The notes: generated from the letters alone by a model not told the origin. A DNA stretch of 64,000 nucleotides from Abditibacterium sp. (GCA_965199495.1 CBDASK010000003.1:1312001-1376000); one strand, 5' to 3'; counted from the stretch's first letter, positions 19,264 through 29,925 are shown. Translations and numbers: made by a program.

Positions 19264-20955
19264 ATGTCCCGTCGCCTTCCTCGAATTTCGCCCGCCCTTT
19301 TGTTGTTGCCCGTCGCCGTGGCTGCCTCGCCCGCCCGCGCGCAAACCGGCGTTTCGCCCGAAGCGGCGCCCGCCGCGCCCGAAGCCACGTCGCCGCAAAT
19401 CAACCCGACCGGGCCGCAATCCGAAACCACGCCAGTCAATCCGCCCGCCGCCGCGCCCGAAGTTATCGCGCCCAACGAGAGTAAACTGAACGAGACAACC
19501 GAAACGCCGGACGCGACGCCCGCGCCATCGAAATTGCAAGCGGCGAGCGTGAGTTACGAAGGCGCGACCATCGTCGCGAGCGGAACGCCCGATCAGCCGG
19601 TGCGATTTCAGAGCGCGGCGGGTTTGATCATGGCGCAGGAGATTCGGCTCGATACGGAAACGCAACAACTCAAGGCGAGCGGCACGGTTTCGTTCGAGCG
19701 CGAGCGTCAGGTCGAGCGCAAAGAGTTGCGCCCGCGCCGTTTGCCCACGACGACCAAAACCGAAACCGTGCGCGAAACGGCGTTTGGCGACAATCTGTTT
19801 TATGACTTTAAAACCGGCAAAGGCACGCTCGACAGCGCGCGTTTGCGCTTGGCGACGATTTCGATTTCGACTGAATCGCTGACGATTAACGGCAAATCGT
19901 ATAAGGCGCGCAACGTGGTGCTACGGCCCGGCGGTTTGAGCGACGAAGAACTCAAAATTTATGGCACGCCGCCGTTTACTTTGCGCGCGCGCGAGATAAC
20001 AGCCACGCCGGTCGAAGTTCGCGGCAAGGACGCAAATCGGGTCACAGTTCGGGGCGGCGGTTTGTATTTCAAGAGCACGCGAATTTTGCCGGTGCCGTCG
20101 TATTCATTTGTTGCGGGCGGCCCGAAAAACGAGGGCACGCGACTGATTCCGGGCATCTCGTTCAATTCGGGCGACCGCGTTTTGGTCACGACGAACTTTA
20201 TTTTTCCGATCAACAAGCTCGATCCCGACCGCCTGAACGCCGTTGCCGATGTCGGTTATTCGGCGCGCGTCGGTTTTCGCGGCGGATTGAGTTTGAATTC
20301 AACGCTTCCGGCGGGCCGTTTTGAACTCAGCGCGCGCAGAAACGATGTGGTTTCGACGCAACTGACCAACCGCATCGTGCTGGATCGGCGCCCCGAATTG
20401 ACGTATAGTTCGCCCGCGTTTTTGCAATTTAATCTGGGCAAACAGCGCGCGGGTTTCACCTTCGACGCCAGTCTGGGCGATTTTCGCGAACGCTTGCTGG
20501 GCAGCAACACGCGCGTTTCGGACACGCGCGCGCGGGGACGCGTGGTTTTGACGACGCGTTTGCAGCCCGGCCCCGGCGGATTCGCGCGCCTGTTCTCGGC
20601 CTATTCCAGCTATGGCAAAGGCGGCAACTATCGCAATAACGGCGTCGAATTGGGTTACGATGGCCAGTTGTTCAAGCGTCTGCGCGGCGAAGTTTCAGTG
20701 CGATTGACCGACATCAAAGGCCAAACGCCGTTTCGCTTCGATCAAGTCGAAATCGCCCGCGAACTGCGCGCGACGGCAGATTATCAACTGTCGCCGCGCT
20801 ACATTTTGCCGTTCGATCTGCGTTACGATTTGCAACGTAACCGCTTTCGCGACGAAACATTCGGCATTTTGCGTTCCTATAAAACCTTCGCTTACGGCGT
20901 GACGTATCAGACCGCGCGCCGCGATTTGCGATTAGAAATCCGCGAGGGATTTTAA
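19264..20955 (+). CDS. LptD-like outer-membrane beta-barrel protein
   Basis: Signal peptide, Pro-rich linker, OstA-like strands (AQEIRLD, GDNLFYDFKTGKGTL), PFRFD motif, amphipathic strands, terminal Phe. Confidence 0.6.
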   Translation: MSRRLPRISPALLLLPVAVAASPARAQTGVSPEAAPAAPEATSPQINPTGPQSETTPVNPPAAAPEVIAPNESKLNETTETPDATPAPSKLQAASVSYEGATIVASGTPDQPVRFQSAAGLIMAQEIRLDTETQQLKASGTVSFERERQVERKELRPRRLPTTTKTETVRETAFGDNLFYDFKTGKGTLDSARLRLATISISTESLTINGKSYKARNVVLRPGGLSDEELKIYGTPPFTLRAREITATPVEVRGKDANRVTVRGGGLYFKSTRILPVPSYSFVAGGPKNEGTRLIPGISFNSGDRVLVTTNFIFPINKLDPDRLNAVADVGYSARVGFRGGLSLNSTLPAGRFELSARRNDVVSTQLTNRIVLDRRPELTYSSPAFLQFNLGKQRAGFTFDASLGDFRERLLGSNTRVSDTRARGRVVLTTRLQPGPGGFARLFSAYSSYGKGGNYRNNGVELGYDGQLFKRLRGEVSVRLTDIKGQTPFRFDQVEIARELRATADYQLSPRYILPFDLRYDLQRNRFRDETFGILRSYKTFAYGVTYQTARRDLRLEIREGF

Positions 20956-20966
20956 AGTTCAATTTC

Positions 20967-21269
20967 ATGCCCACTCCCGACCAACCCTTTTACGACCGCG
21001 CCGACGCGCACATTCGCCTGTCCAACGAGCAAACGTTGGAAATTGGCGCGGGCAAAGTCAGTGCTTCGATGCTGTTTGCCAGCGCGCGCTTCGCGGCGTG
21101 GCTGACGGCGCGCGGCTTCGATTCGAGCGCCGCAATGCAAGCCAAGCGCAACGAGAATATCGAGTATTTCGTGAAAGAATATCGCGCGATGCTGGCGGAC
21201 AACATGGACGATTACATCGAAAATTTCGACGATTATATGAAAGAGAAGCTGAATGAAGATAGCCGTTAG
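20967..21269 (+). CDS. DUF3144-like protein
   Basis: FYDRADAHI.LSN, VSASMLFASARF, Y..ML..N.DDY pattern. Confidence 0.8.
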   Translation: MPTPDQPFYDRADAHIRLSNEQTLEIGAGKVSASMLFASARFAAWLTARGFDSSAAMQAKRNENIEYFVKEYRAMLADNMDDYIENFDDYMKEKLNEDSR

Positions 21270-21310
21270 AATTTGTCAGAAGCGGCGCTGACATTGCCAT
21301 ACTTTAGGTT

Positions 21311-23956
21311 ATGCTTTCGCCTCAAGACCACTATCTGCCGCCCGATCACGACGCTTTTATTCGGGCCGAACCTTCGACGGGTCGCATTTTGATTATCGCG
21401 CCCACGCGCGCGGCGTGCGAGACCATCGAAATCGGTTTGACGCTCGATATTGAAACTTATTTAGAGAAAAATTATGGCGAGCGCGTGCGCGAACTGGCGC
21501 GGTCGGGCGCGGGTTTCGGTATCGTCGCGGGCACGGGCACCGGCAAAACGCTGGCGGTGCGACCGATTGCCCTTGAGATTCTCAAGGCGCCACTAAAAAT
21601 CGGCGTCGTCAATCGCGAACGAGAAGCCACCCCGGAACTGCCGAATTATAACGTCATAGTGATTACGACTGGAATCGCGCGGCGCTGGTTTCAAGACGGG
21701 GATATTTTGCCGACCGATACCTTAGTCATTGACGAAATTCATCAAACTTCGGCGGAGTTGGAATTGTGTCTGGCGCTGGGCAAGCGTGTTGGCTGTCGCT
21801 TTATCTGGCTGAGTGCGACGGTTGATCCGAATTTTTATCGCGAGTATTTGAACAGCGCCGATGTGTTGGAGGTTTATTCGTTCGACCCGACTAAAGCCGC
21901 CCTCGTGCGCGTGGTTGATGCTGATCCGCTTCAATTTATGGACGAGAAATTCGCCGCACAAGTCGCGCGCGAAGAGCGCGGCGTCGGCGTGTTTTTGCCG
22001 ACCAGAGCGGGCGTCGAAGCGGTCGCGCGCGAACTGGAATGGCGCGCGCCGCAAATCAACGCGGCTTATTATCATGGCGGCGAACCGGTGCGCGTGATTC
22101 GGCCCTTTCTGGAAGACGAAGGTGCGCCGCGCCCGTTTGTTTTGGCGATGACGGCGGCGGGCCAGAGCGCGCTCAACGTGCGCGGTTTGGATACGGTCGT
22201 TATCGAGGACGCGCGCTATTCCAACGTAATTACGCGCGGGCGCAACGTGTTGACGCGGCAACATTTGGGCAGCAACGAAATTTTGCAGATGGCCGGGCGC
22301 GTTCACGGGCGCGTCGAGGGCGGACGCGTTTTCATTCTGTCCAATCGCGCGATTGATTTCGCGCATCTTAAACCGACGGCGCCCGAATTTCAATTGGCGG
22401 GCGATTCGGAGCGCGTGGCTCTGACCTGCGCCGATTTGGGCGTGCGCGCCGACGAACTCGAATTGCCGGTTCCGCTCGATAAATTGGCGTATCGCAACGC
22501 CCTCGACGAATTGCAAAATCGCGGGATTATCAACCAAAACGGGCGATTGTCCAAATACGGCAAAGCCGTCGAAGCTCTGCCAGTTGACCGCGCGTGGGCC
22601 GAACTCATCGTCAACGCCGACGAAGATTTATTGCCGTATTTAGCGGTGATGAGTTCAATTGAAAGTTTGCATCGCATGACGCGCGAAGAACGCAATTTGC
22701 GTGGCCTCATCGTCGAGGGCAGCGACCATTTGACGGCTTATAATCTCTACGCCGAAGCGTATCAAAGCGCCGGTTATGTCGGCGAAGTTTATGGAATGCC
22801 GCGCCATTTGTTTGAATCGGAGGCGATGGCGAAATGGGCCGAGGAACGCGGCGTTTTGGTCAAAGCCATCGAAGACGCGGCCCTCGCCACGGCGTGTTTA
22901 TTTCGCGGCGTGAACTTGAAATTGCCGCAGAAGATGCCGATTGCGAGCAAGGGCATCGCCGATAAATTCTTGAATTTGCTGGCGAAGTGGATGCCGTTCG
23001 ATTTGGCGATTGACGAGACGTTGGCCGACGGCAGCGAAGCGCGCGTCGGGAGAAGTTCGATGTGCGGGCCGGATGGCGCGATTATCGGCGATTTGCGTTA
23101 TTTCGCCGACCGCAACGGAATCCCGCGCGCCTCGATTGAAGGCACGCAATTGTCACTCGAACGATTGAAAAAGTTCGCCAAACCGACGGCAGTCGAAATC
23201 GAATACAACGCCAATCGGCCCGCCGCGCCCTTAACAGCCACGACGACCGTCGAGTATTTCGGGTTTGTCTTTGAACGGCGCGTCGAAACGTTGAAAAAGT
23301 GGCCCAAGCATCTGGAAAAGCAAGTGCGTCACGCGCTGGCTTTAGCGGTTGCGCGCGGCGAGGCGCATCATAACGCGGTGCAGGTCAATCGGCCCAAAGT
23401 CGAAGAAATCCGCGAGATTTACGCGCGTTCTGTCGGGCGAACCGCGTCGCTCGATGAAGCCGAATTGACGTTGCTTTATCAGGAACAATTGGACGATCAG
23501 CAAATTAATTCGCTGTTGGATTTTCGCAACGCGAAGTTGGATTTGGATGTCGCCGATTATCTATCGGACACCGAGCGCGAGCGTTATTGGAAGTTGCCAT
23601 CGGAAGCCGTAGTTCGAGATTTTCGTGTGCCCATCGAATATGAAATCGAGGACGGCGGCGGCGTGGCTGCTCTTGAGTTGCCGGAGAAATTAGCGCGCGA
23701 TGTTCGGCAAGACGAATTGCCGAAGTTGGACAGACCGCTGCGATTTCTCGTCAGTCGCGGTTCGCGCGGTAGCGTGAGCGCCGAAACGTTGGGCGAATTG
23801 CAGGAAAAATTGGAGGGCCAATGGCAGCCCGATTTCGGCTCAGCCAATCGCAAAGGGCGGCGCCAGATGGCGCAGGGCAAGACGCGTCCGAAACCCAAAT
23901 CGCGCGGCGGTTTGCCGCGTCCGCCGCGTCCTCCCAAACGCGGCGGGCGACGGTAA
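21311..23956 (+). CDS. DExH-box SF2 helicase (HrpA/HrpB-like, atypical)
   Basis: GTGTGKT, DEIH, SAT, VFLP, QMAGR motifs; basic C-terminal tail. Confidence 0.88.
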   Translation: MLSPQDHYLPPDHDAFIRAEPSTGRILIIAPTRAACETIEIGLTLDIETYLEKNYGERVRELARSGAGFGIVAGTGTGKTLAVRPIALEILKAPLKIGVVNREREATPELPNYNVIVITTGIARRWFQDGDILPTDTLVIDEIHQTSAELELCLALGKRVGCRFIWLSATVDPNFYREYLNSADVLEVYSFDPTKAALVRVVDADPLQFMDEKFAAQVAREERGVGVFLPTRAGVEAVARELEWRAPQINAAYYHGGEPVRVIRPFLEDEGAPRPFVLAMTAAGQSALNVRGLDTVVIEDARYSNVITRGRNVLTRQHLGSNEILQMAGRVHGRVEGGRVFILSNRAIDFAHLKPTAPEFQLAGDSERVALTCADLGVRADELELPVPLDKLAYRNALDELQNRGIINQNGRLSKYGKAVEALPVDRAWAELIVNADEDLLPYLAVMSSIESLHRMTREERNLRGLIVEGSDHLTAYNLYAEAYQSAGYVGEVYGMPRHLFESEAMAKWAEERGVLVKAIEDAALATACLFRGVNLKLPQKMPIASKGIADKFLNLLAKWMPFDLAIDETLADGSEARVGRSSMCGPDGAIIGDLRYFADRNGIPRASIEGTQLSLERLKKFAKPTAVEIEYNANRPAAPLTATTTVEYFGFVFERRVETLKKWPKHLEKQVRHALALAVARGEAHHNAVQVNRPKVEEIREIYARSVGRTASLDEAELTLLYQEQLDDQQINSLLDFRNAKLDLDVADYLSDTERERYWKLPSEAVVRDFRVPIEYEIEDGGGVAALELPEKLARDVRQDELPKLDRPLRFLVSRGSRGSVSAETLGELQEKLEGQWQPDFGSANRKGRRQMAQGKTRPKPKSRGGLPRPPRPPKRGGRR

Positions 23957-24036
23957 GACGAGAGTGAGCGAAATCATTCTCACTTGCAAGCGCTCTTGGT
24001 CGCCAATATAATTGTCATTAACTTTCTCCACAAAAA

Positions 24037-27000
24037 ATGACAACACCCCTTCGCCGCGCGCTTTTCGCGCTCGCTCTGAGCTTTGCTGTGCCGCTCGCGC
24101 CAACCTCGGTTTGGGCTACGCCAGCGCAAACGGCGCCCGCAACCGTGACTTTGCGCGCGAGGGTTTCCGATGCGGCGGGCCAGGCGGTTGTAGGCGCCGA
24201 TGTCGTTGTTGTGCAGCGCGACGACGACTATAAACCCAAAATCACCGCGTTCAAGACCGATGCGCAAGGGCGCTTTGAAATCGCCGGAGTGAAACCGAAA
24301 TTCGGCGTCGAGGCGTTTGTTTACCTCGCTGGTTACGCCTTGCAACGCGAGTTTGTTGTGCCCGATAGCGACAATGGTATCACGCTCAAAAAGGGCGAAT
24401 CGGCGAGCGGCAAAGTCGTTGATGCCGATGGCAAACCGGTGGCGGGCGCGCGCGTAAAAATGACGCGGTTGGTTTTGTCTGCCGAGGATGCGGGAGATTT
24501 TCGGTTTCGTTATGTGCAGATCGATGCGCTGGAAAATTCGGTTTTGACGCGCGCGCTCGAAACGAAAACCGATGCCAACGGCGTCTGGGAATTGGCCGAT
24601 TTGCCGATTGGTTCGCAGGGCACATTTCAATTGGACGATCCGCGTTTCGCGCGCGATGAGAAGTTCGGATCGCCGGGCGAAAACAAACAAATCGTGCCCG
24701 ATTTGAAAGCAACGCCGGGCGCGAACTTGAAGGGCCGCGTCGTCGCGCCCGATGGAAAACCGGTCGCGGGCGCGCAAATTAACGTGAATGTTGGTGAGAA
24801 ACAGAGCAGCTATGCCGAAACGGTGACGGCGAAAGACGGCACTTACTCGCTGCAAAGTTTGCCGCCGGGCGACGCGGCGATCAAAGTCAAATCGCCCGAT
24901 TCGCCCCTCGCGCCGACGAGCATCAAGGGCGTGGCTGTTGTGGCGGGCGGGACAGCCACGGCGCCCGACATCAAGTTGGGCGCTGGCGTTTTGCTGACCG
25001 GAAAAATCATAGATAAAGACAGCAAAGCGCCGGTCGCGGGCGCGCGCGTGATGATACAGGGCGATTTCGGCGATGTGCCCACGACAGTTAGCGGCAAAGA
25101 CGGCACCTATCAAGCGCGCGTGCCGCAGGGCAAAATCCGATTTTACATTTACTCATATCCCCGCGGGTATGTGCAAGAGGATTTTGCCGACGCCAATTCC
25201 AACATCACGGCAGCCAGCACCAAGGCTCCCGATTTCACGATTGCGCGCGGCCTGACGCTGACTGGAAAGGCGCTCGATGAAACCGGCGCGCCCGCCGCGA
25301 AAGCGACGATTATCGCGGGCAGCGATTGGGACGGCGCGCAAAGCAGCGTTGACGATGCGGGAAACTGGACGATTGAAGGCGTTGACAACAAGCCAAACGG
25401 ACGCAATGGCAAAGTGCGCTTGAAAACCGATGGCGATTGGCAAATCGTCGGCGACGGTTTAGTGGCGGCGCGCGAGGGCGATAAAATCGCGTTGACATTG
25501 CGACGCATCGAGTGTCAAGACGTGACGCTGCGCATCGTTACGCCCGAAGGCGAACCGGTTGAGGGCGCCAAAGTGCGTTTCGATATTATGTTCGACCCGA
25601 CGAACCATTCGACGCGCTTTGAAACCGCCGTTTCCAACGCGCGCGGCGAAGTGACGGTCAAGCGTTTGCGGCCCGACGAAAGCGTCGAAGTCAAGCCCGA
25701 AAAAGTGGGTTATGCGCTGCAAAAAGCGGGCGTTATCACGATGATCGAAGCTAACAAAACGCGCGCGACCGATGCGATTATGACGCCGAAAAACGGCGTT
25801 TTGCGCGGGCGCGTCGTGGACGCGGACGGCGTGGCTGTTGTGGGCGCGCGCATCGCGGTGTTGTGGCCGGGCGATTTGCGCGATGCGAAAACGTTGGCGC
25901 AAAGCGGCGCGGATGGGAAGTTTGAACTGAATAATCTGCGCGCGGGCGAACTGCTCGTCGGCGCGGCGCACGGGCGCGATTTCGGGCAAGTCAAAGCGCA
26001 GACGGGCGGCGAAATCGAGATCAAGCTGGCAGCAGCCACGCCGCAACCGTTGCCTCAAGATCGCGCGTTGGCGCGGCAGGTTTTGGAGCGTTGGTTCGCC
26101 GATTCCAAGCCAGCGGCGGGCGCGACGTTAGCGAATTTCGCGGCCAACATCGCGAACACCAGTTCGCAGGACGACGGAAATTTCGCGACTCGCAGCACGG
26201 ACGGTCAATTGTGGTTCGAGCGCGAGCAGACGCCGGAACTTGTGCAAGCGCAGCAACAGCAAGCGATTCAAACGGCGCGCGCCAAAATAGAGGCCGCCCA
26301 AAATCTCGAAGCGCGCGATGGCGCTCTACTCGATTTGGCGACTCTGCTTTTGCAAAACGGCGATAAAGAAGGCGCACGCGCGGCCTACGAAAGAGCGGAG
26401 CCTGATCTTATCAACGCGAGCAAAACTAACGCAGCCGATGTGAGTTCGCTCTATCGTTACGCGCAACTCGCCGGAATTACCAGCGCTATAGAACATCGTA
26501 ACGCCAGTTTTTGGATCGAGATATTGGATCGCGCGTTGCCAGAAAAGCCCACCGATGAAATGATGTTCGGCATCGGCAGCTATATGAAAACCTTCGCCGA
26601 GAATGACATTGATGGCGCGCTCGATTTCATGGAAACGTTGGCGCCCATTGCTCAAATTCGCGCTTCCGAAGACGTGATTCCCATCGTCGCCAAGCGTGAT
26701 TTGCCGCGCGCGCAGGAGTTGCTAACCAAAATGGATGCGCTGTTCGCGCGCGGAGATATTCCAATCGAGCCAGATCGCAACGACGGGATGTATCGCCCGA
26801 CGCCCGCGCGTTCGCTGGACGTGGCGCGCGCCGCGATTATCCGCGCGCTTTTGCCGACCGATGCGCGCGCGGCTTATGCGCAATCGCTGAAAATCACCGA
26901 TGAAAACGGCTACGGCTTGGCGAGTCTGCAAACCGAAACCGCGTTGCGTTTGCCCGTTGCCGAAGTGTTGCCGATTTTGCGCGCGCAGTTCGCGCAGGCG

Positions 27001-27474
27001 CAGAACAAAGACAATCGTTCGGTTGGTGCAATGGCGAAGTTGGCGAAATTAGCGGCGCCGTTCGATGCCAAGTTGAGCGAGCAATGGTTTGAAATGGCGC
27101 GCCAACGCTTGACCGAAAACCCTTATGGCGACGACAGAACGCGCGAAATGGCGGCGAATTACGCGTTTTATCGCGCCGATAGCGATCCGGCGGAAAGCCG
27201 GTTGTTGTTGGAAAATGAGTGGCAACGCAACATCAAAACCAAATCGGACGACGAATATTACAACGCCTCGCGCTTGCAATATATCATGTGGGCGATGGTG
27301 CCCGTGGACTGGGAGCGCGCTCTGCAAATGATAGGCGAAAGCAAAGGAAAATTGGATTCTCGCTACGTCGACGACCTGATGACGCAACACAACCTGACGG
27401 CGTGGCTGCTCGCCTCGGAGCAAGAGCGGCGCGAAATGGATTTCGATAGGCCGAGCGCGGAATTGTTGAAGTGA
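24037..27474 (+). CDS. Large exported protein with carboxypeptidase-regulatory-like repeats and a helical C-terminal region
   Basis: Signal peptide; repeated G.VVD.DGKPVAGA.V...TD..G.F/Y modules. Confidence 0.85.
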   Translation: MTTPLRRALFALALSFAVPLAPTSVWATPAQTAPATVTLRARVSDAAGQAVVGADVVVVQRDDDYKPKITAFKTDAQGRFEIAGVKPKFGVEAFVYLAGYALQREFVVPDSDNGITLKKGESASGKVVDADGKPVAGARVKMTRLVLSAEDAGDFRFRYVQIDALENSVLTRALETKTDANGVWELADLPIGSQGTFQLDDPRFARDEKFGSPGENKQIVPDLKATPGANLKGRVVAPDGKPVAGAQINVNVGEKQSSYAETVTAKDGTYSLQSLPPGDAAIKVKSPDSPLAPTSIKGVAVVAGGTATAPDIKLGAGVLLTGKIIDKDSKAPVAGARVMIQGDFGDVPTTVSGKDGTYQARVPQGKIRFYIYSYPRGYVQEDFADANSNITAASTKAPDFTIARGLTLTGKALDETGAPAAKATIIAGSDWDGAQSSVDDAGNWTIEGVDNKPNGRNGKVRLKTDGDWQIVGDGLVAAREGDKIALTLRRIECQDVTLRIVTPEGEPVEGAKVRFDIMFDPTNHSTRFETAVSNARGEVTVKRLRPDESVEVKPEKVGYALQKAGVITMIEANKTRATDAIMTPKNGVLRGRVVDADGVAVVGARIAVLWPGDLRDAKTLAQSGADGKFELNNLRAGELLVGAAHGRDFGQVKAQTGGEIEIKLAAATPQPLPQDRALARQVLERWFADSKPAAGATLANFAANIANTSSQDDGNFATRSTDGQLWFEREQTPELVQAQQQQAIQTARAKIEAAQNLEARDGALLDLATLLLQNGDKEGARAAYERAEPDLINASKTNAADVSSLYRYAQLAGITSAIEHRNASFWIEILDRALPEKPTDEMMFGIGSYMKTFAENDIDGALDFMETLAPIAQIRASEDVIPIVAKRDLPRAQELLTKMDALFARGDIPIEPDRNDGMYRPTPARSLDVARAAIIRALLPTDARAAYAQSLKITDENGYGLASLQTETALRLPVAEVLPILRAQFAQAQNKDNRSVGAMAKLAKLAAPFDAKLSEQWFEMARQRLTENPYGDDRTREMAANYAFYRADSDPAESRLLLENEWQRNIKTKSDDEYYNASRLQYIMWAMVPVDWERALQMIGESKGKLDSRYVDDLMTQHNLTAWLLASEQERREMDFDRPSAELLK

Positions 27475-27486
27475 TTAGACGAAATA

Positions 27487-27615
27487 CCAGCGAATGAATT
27501 CGCGGCAACGTAGAGCAAAGTCCGCCTACGCGGACTGTAGGCGAACTCTTCGGAGTTGTAATTTCAGTCCGCGTAGGCGGACTTTGCTCTACGTTGCCGC
27601 GAATTCATTCGCTGG
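27487..27615. repeat. Palindrome with perfect 51-bp arms, each arm carrying small hairpins
   Basis: CCAGCGAATGAATTCGCGGCAACGTAGAGCAAAGTCCGCCTACGCGGACTG and exact complement, between convergent genes. Confidence 0.95.
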
Positions 27616-27628
27616 CTTGAATCGGTAA

Positions 27629-28507
27629 TTATCGAAACGATTGCGTCAACATTTCGACTTGCTCGCTCGATAATTCGATGTCGGCGGCGCGGGCGCTATC
27701 TTCGACGCTTGCGATGCGACTGGCGCCGGGAATCGGCAATTCGCGGTCGTATTGCGCCAGATGCCACGCCAGCACAATCTGTTGTGGGCTGACGTTCATT
27801 TCGTCGGCCAGTTTTTCCAAGGCGCCTTTTTCGCCGATTTGCTTGGCGCCGCCCATGCCGCCGAGCGGACTCCACGGCAGAAACGCGATGCCATCCGCGC
27901 GGCATTTTTCCAGAACGCCATCGTTAATGGGCGCCAGATGCGTCGGGCTGTATTGGTTTTGCACGCTGGTAACCGGCACGATTTTTTGCGCGATTTCGAT
28001 CTGTTCGACGCTGACGTTGGAAAGTCCGGCGAACTGAATTTTGCCCGCATCCAAAGCCTCGCGCAGCACGCCGACCGAATCGGCGTAATCCACGTTTGGG
28101 TCGGGGCGATGAAATTGGTAAAGTGGAATCACGTCCAATTCGAGCGCCTTTAAGCTCGCGTCCAACGCCGCGCGTAAATGTTCGGGGCGTCCATCGGTCA
28201 CCCAATTTCCGTTGGGCCGGATGTGTCCACCTTTGGTCGCCACGACGACCGTGTCGCGCAAATCGGCGGGCAATTGTTTCAATGCGGCGGCGAATAATCG
28301 TTCGTTGTGGCCGGTTTCACTATCGTTTTGGCAATAGGCGTCGGCGGTGTCCCACAGCGTCAAGCCGAGTTCGGCGGCGCGCGTTAAGACGGCAATGCCT
28401 TGCGATTGACTGACGCGGTCGGCGTCCGATTTGACTGACATGGGCATGCCGCCCAGACCAATTGCTCCCACCATCGGGCCGTTTGGCCCCAGTTGTCGTT
28501 GTTTCAT
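27629..28507 (-). CDS. Aldo/keto reductase
   Basis: IGLGGM, DTADAY, VATKGG, LYQFHRPD, GLSN, PWSPLGG, PIPG. Confidence 0.95.
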   Translation of the reverse strand: MKQRQLGPNGPMVGAIGLGGMPMSVKSDADRVSQSQGIAVLTRAAELGLTLWDTADAYCQNDSETGHNERLFAAALKQLPADLRDTVVVATKGGHIRPNGNWVTDGRPEHLRAALDASLKALELDVIPLYQFHRPDPNVDYADSVGVLREALDAGKIQFAGLSNVSVEQIEIAQKIVPVTSVQNQYSPTHLAPINDGVLEKCRADGIAFLPWSPLGGMGGAKQIGEKGALEKLADEMNVSPQQIVLAWHLAQYDRELPIPGASRIASVEDSARAADIELSSEQVEMLTQSFR

Positions 28508-28598
28508 GCTAAAATTTCCTCTTGGAAGCGGTTGAGTTCAGCGAATCGAGTGCCACAAAGCAGCGGCACCGTAGGCGCGAACTCCGCTCCAATACATC

Positions 28599-29450
28599 AT
28601 GCAATGGAAAAATGCTCGACAGAGTGATAACGTCGAAGATCAGCGCGGCAGCGGCGGCATGGTCGGCGGCGGTATCGGAATCGGCACGCTGGTTTTAGCG
28701 GCCATCGTTTATTTTATGGGCGGCAACCCGATGACCGTTTTGGAAGGCGGATCGAGTGGCCCGCAACCGTCGTCGCAGAGTTCGCAACAGGCAACCGCCA
28801 ATGGCGCTAACGACCAAGAATTGCAGTTCGTCAAAGCCGTTCTGGGCAGCACCGAAGACGTGTGGAGCGACCAGTTTCGCAAACGCGGCAAGGTTTATCA
28901 CCCGCCCAAATTGGTGCTTTTCACCAATCAGGTGCAATCGGCCTGCGGCGTGGCTGGCAGTTCGACCGGGCCGTTTTATTGTCCCGGCGACCAAAAGGTC
29001 TATCTCGATCTGGCGTTTTTCCGCCAGTTGAAAGAACAGTTCGGCGCGCCCGGCGATTTCGCGCGCGCCTATGTCATCGCCCACGAAGTCGGACATCACG
29101 TTCAAGACGAATTGGGCACAATGCAAAAAGTCAACGCCCTCGAAGACCGCGCCAGCAAAACTCAAGCGAACGCGTTGTCGGTCAAGTTGGAGTTACAGGC
29201 CGATTTTTACGCGGGCGTGTGGGCGCATTACGCGCAGGAACAAGGAAAAGGATTGGTCGAAAAAGGCGACATTGACGAGGCTCTAAACGCCGCCAGCGCC
29301 GTGGGCGACGACCGTTTGCAAAAAGAAACGCAGGGTTACGTCGTGCCTGACTCGTTTACGCATGGCACTTCGGCGCAGCGACAGCAATGGTTTATGCGTG
29401 GTTTCCAGAGCGGCGACTTGACTCAGGGCAATACGGGCAGCAAAGAGTAA
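28599..29450 (+). CDS. Neutral zinc metallopeptidase (YpfJ family)
   Basis: GPFYCPGD, AHEVGHHVQ, ELQAD, SFTHGTS. Confidence 0.93.
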   Translation: MQWKNARQSDNVEDQRGSGGMVGGGIGIGTLVLAAIVYFMGGNPMTVLEGGSSGPQPSSQSSQQATANGANDQELQFVKAVLGSTEDVWSDQFRKRGKVYHPPKLVLFTNQVQSACGVAGSSTGPFYCPGDQKVYLDLAFFRQLKEQFGAPGDFARAYVIAHEVGHHVQDELGTMQKVNALEDRASKTQANALSVKLELQADFYAGVWAHYAQEQGKGLVEKGDIDEALNAASAVGDDRLQKETQGYVVPDSFTHGTSAQRQQWFMRGFQSGDLTQGNTGSKE

Positions 29451-29632
29451 TATTAATAAAAGTAAGTGGAGGGTAATACCTTTGTTAATTGTCGCATTAT
29501 AAATAAGCCGCTAACCCCAATCAAAGGTGAATAATTTTTCGCTTTCCACTTTTGCATTTGCGGTCTTCGCCAGAAGCGTGCTTTTTCACGCGACTTCTGG
29601 TAAATTTACAGAGCAGCAATTGCCGACTGTGA

Positions 29633-29757
29633 CTTCTATGTTATGGGAATTACGCAGTTGGAAATTTTCACGACTGAACGTGGAATGGGAAAACGCAAAA
29701 ACGGTTCCCGTTCACGCTCAGAAATTTCCAATTGCGTAATTCCCATAACATAGAAGA
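29633..29757. repeat. Palindrome sharing the GGAATTACGCAGTT terminal motif
   Basis: CTTCTATGTTATGGGAATTACGCAGTTGGAAATTT ... AAATTTCCAATTGCGTAATTCCCATAACATAGAAG. Confidence 0.85.
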
Positions 29758-29925
29758 TTACTCGCAAAGTATTTTAAGATCTGAGACATCTAACGATAGT
29801 TTGGGCCCCTCAATTTGCGTGGCCAAAACTGACATCATCATGTCGTTTGAACACGAAACTATTTGCGGCGTCTTTTCTCAGTTCTGCTTCCCCCTTTTGG
29901 TTTCTGGGGCGACGGAGGTTCATTA

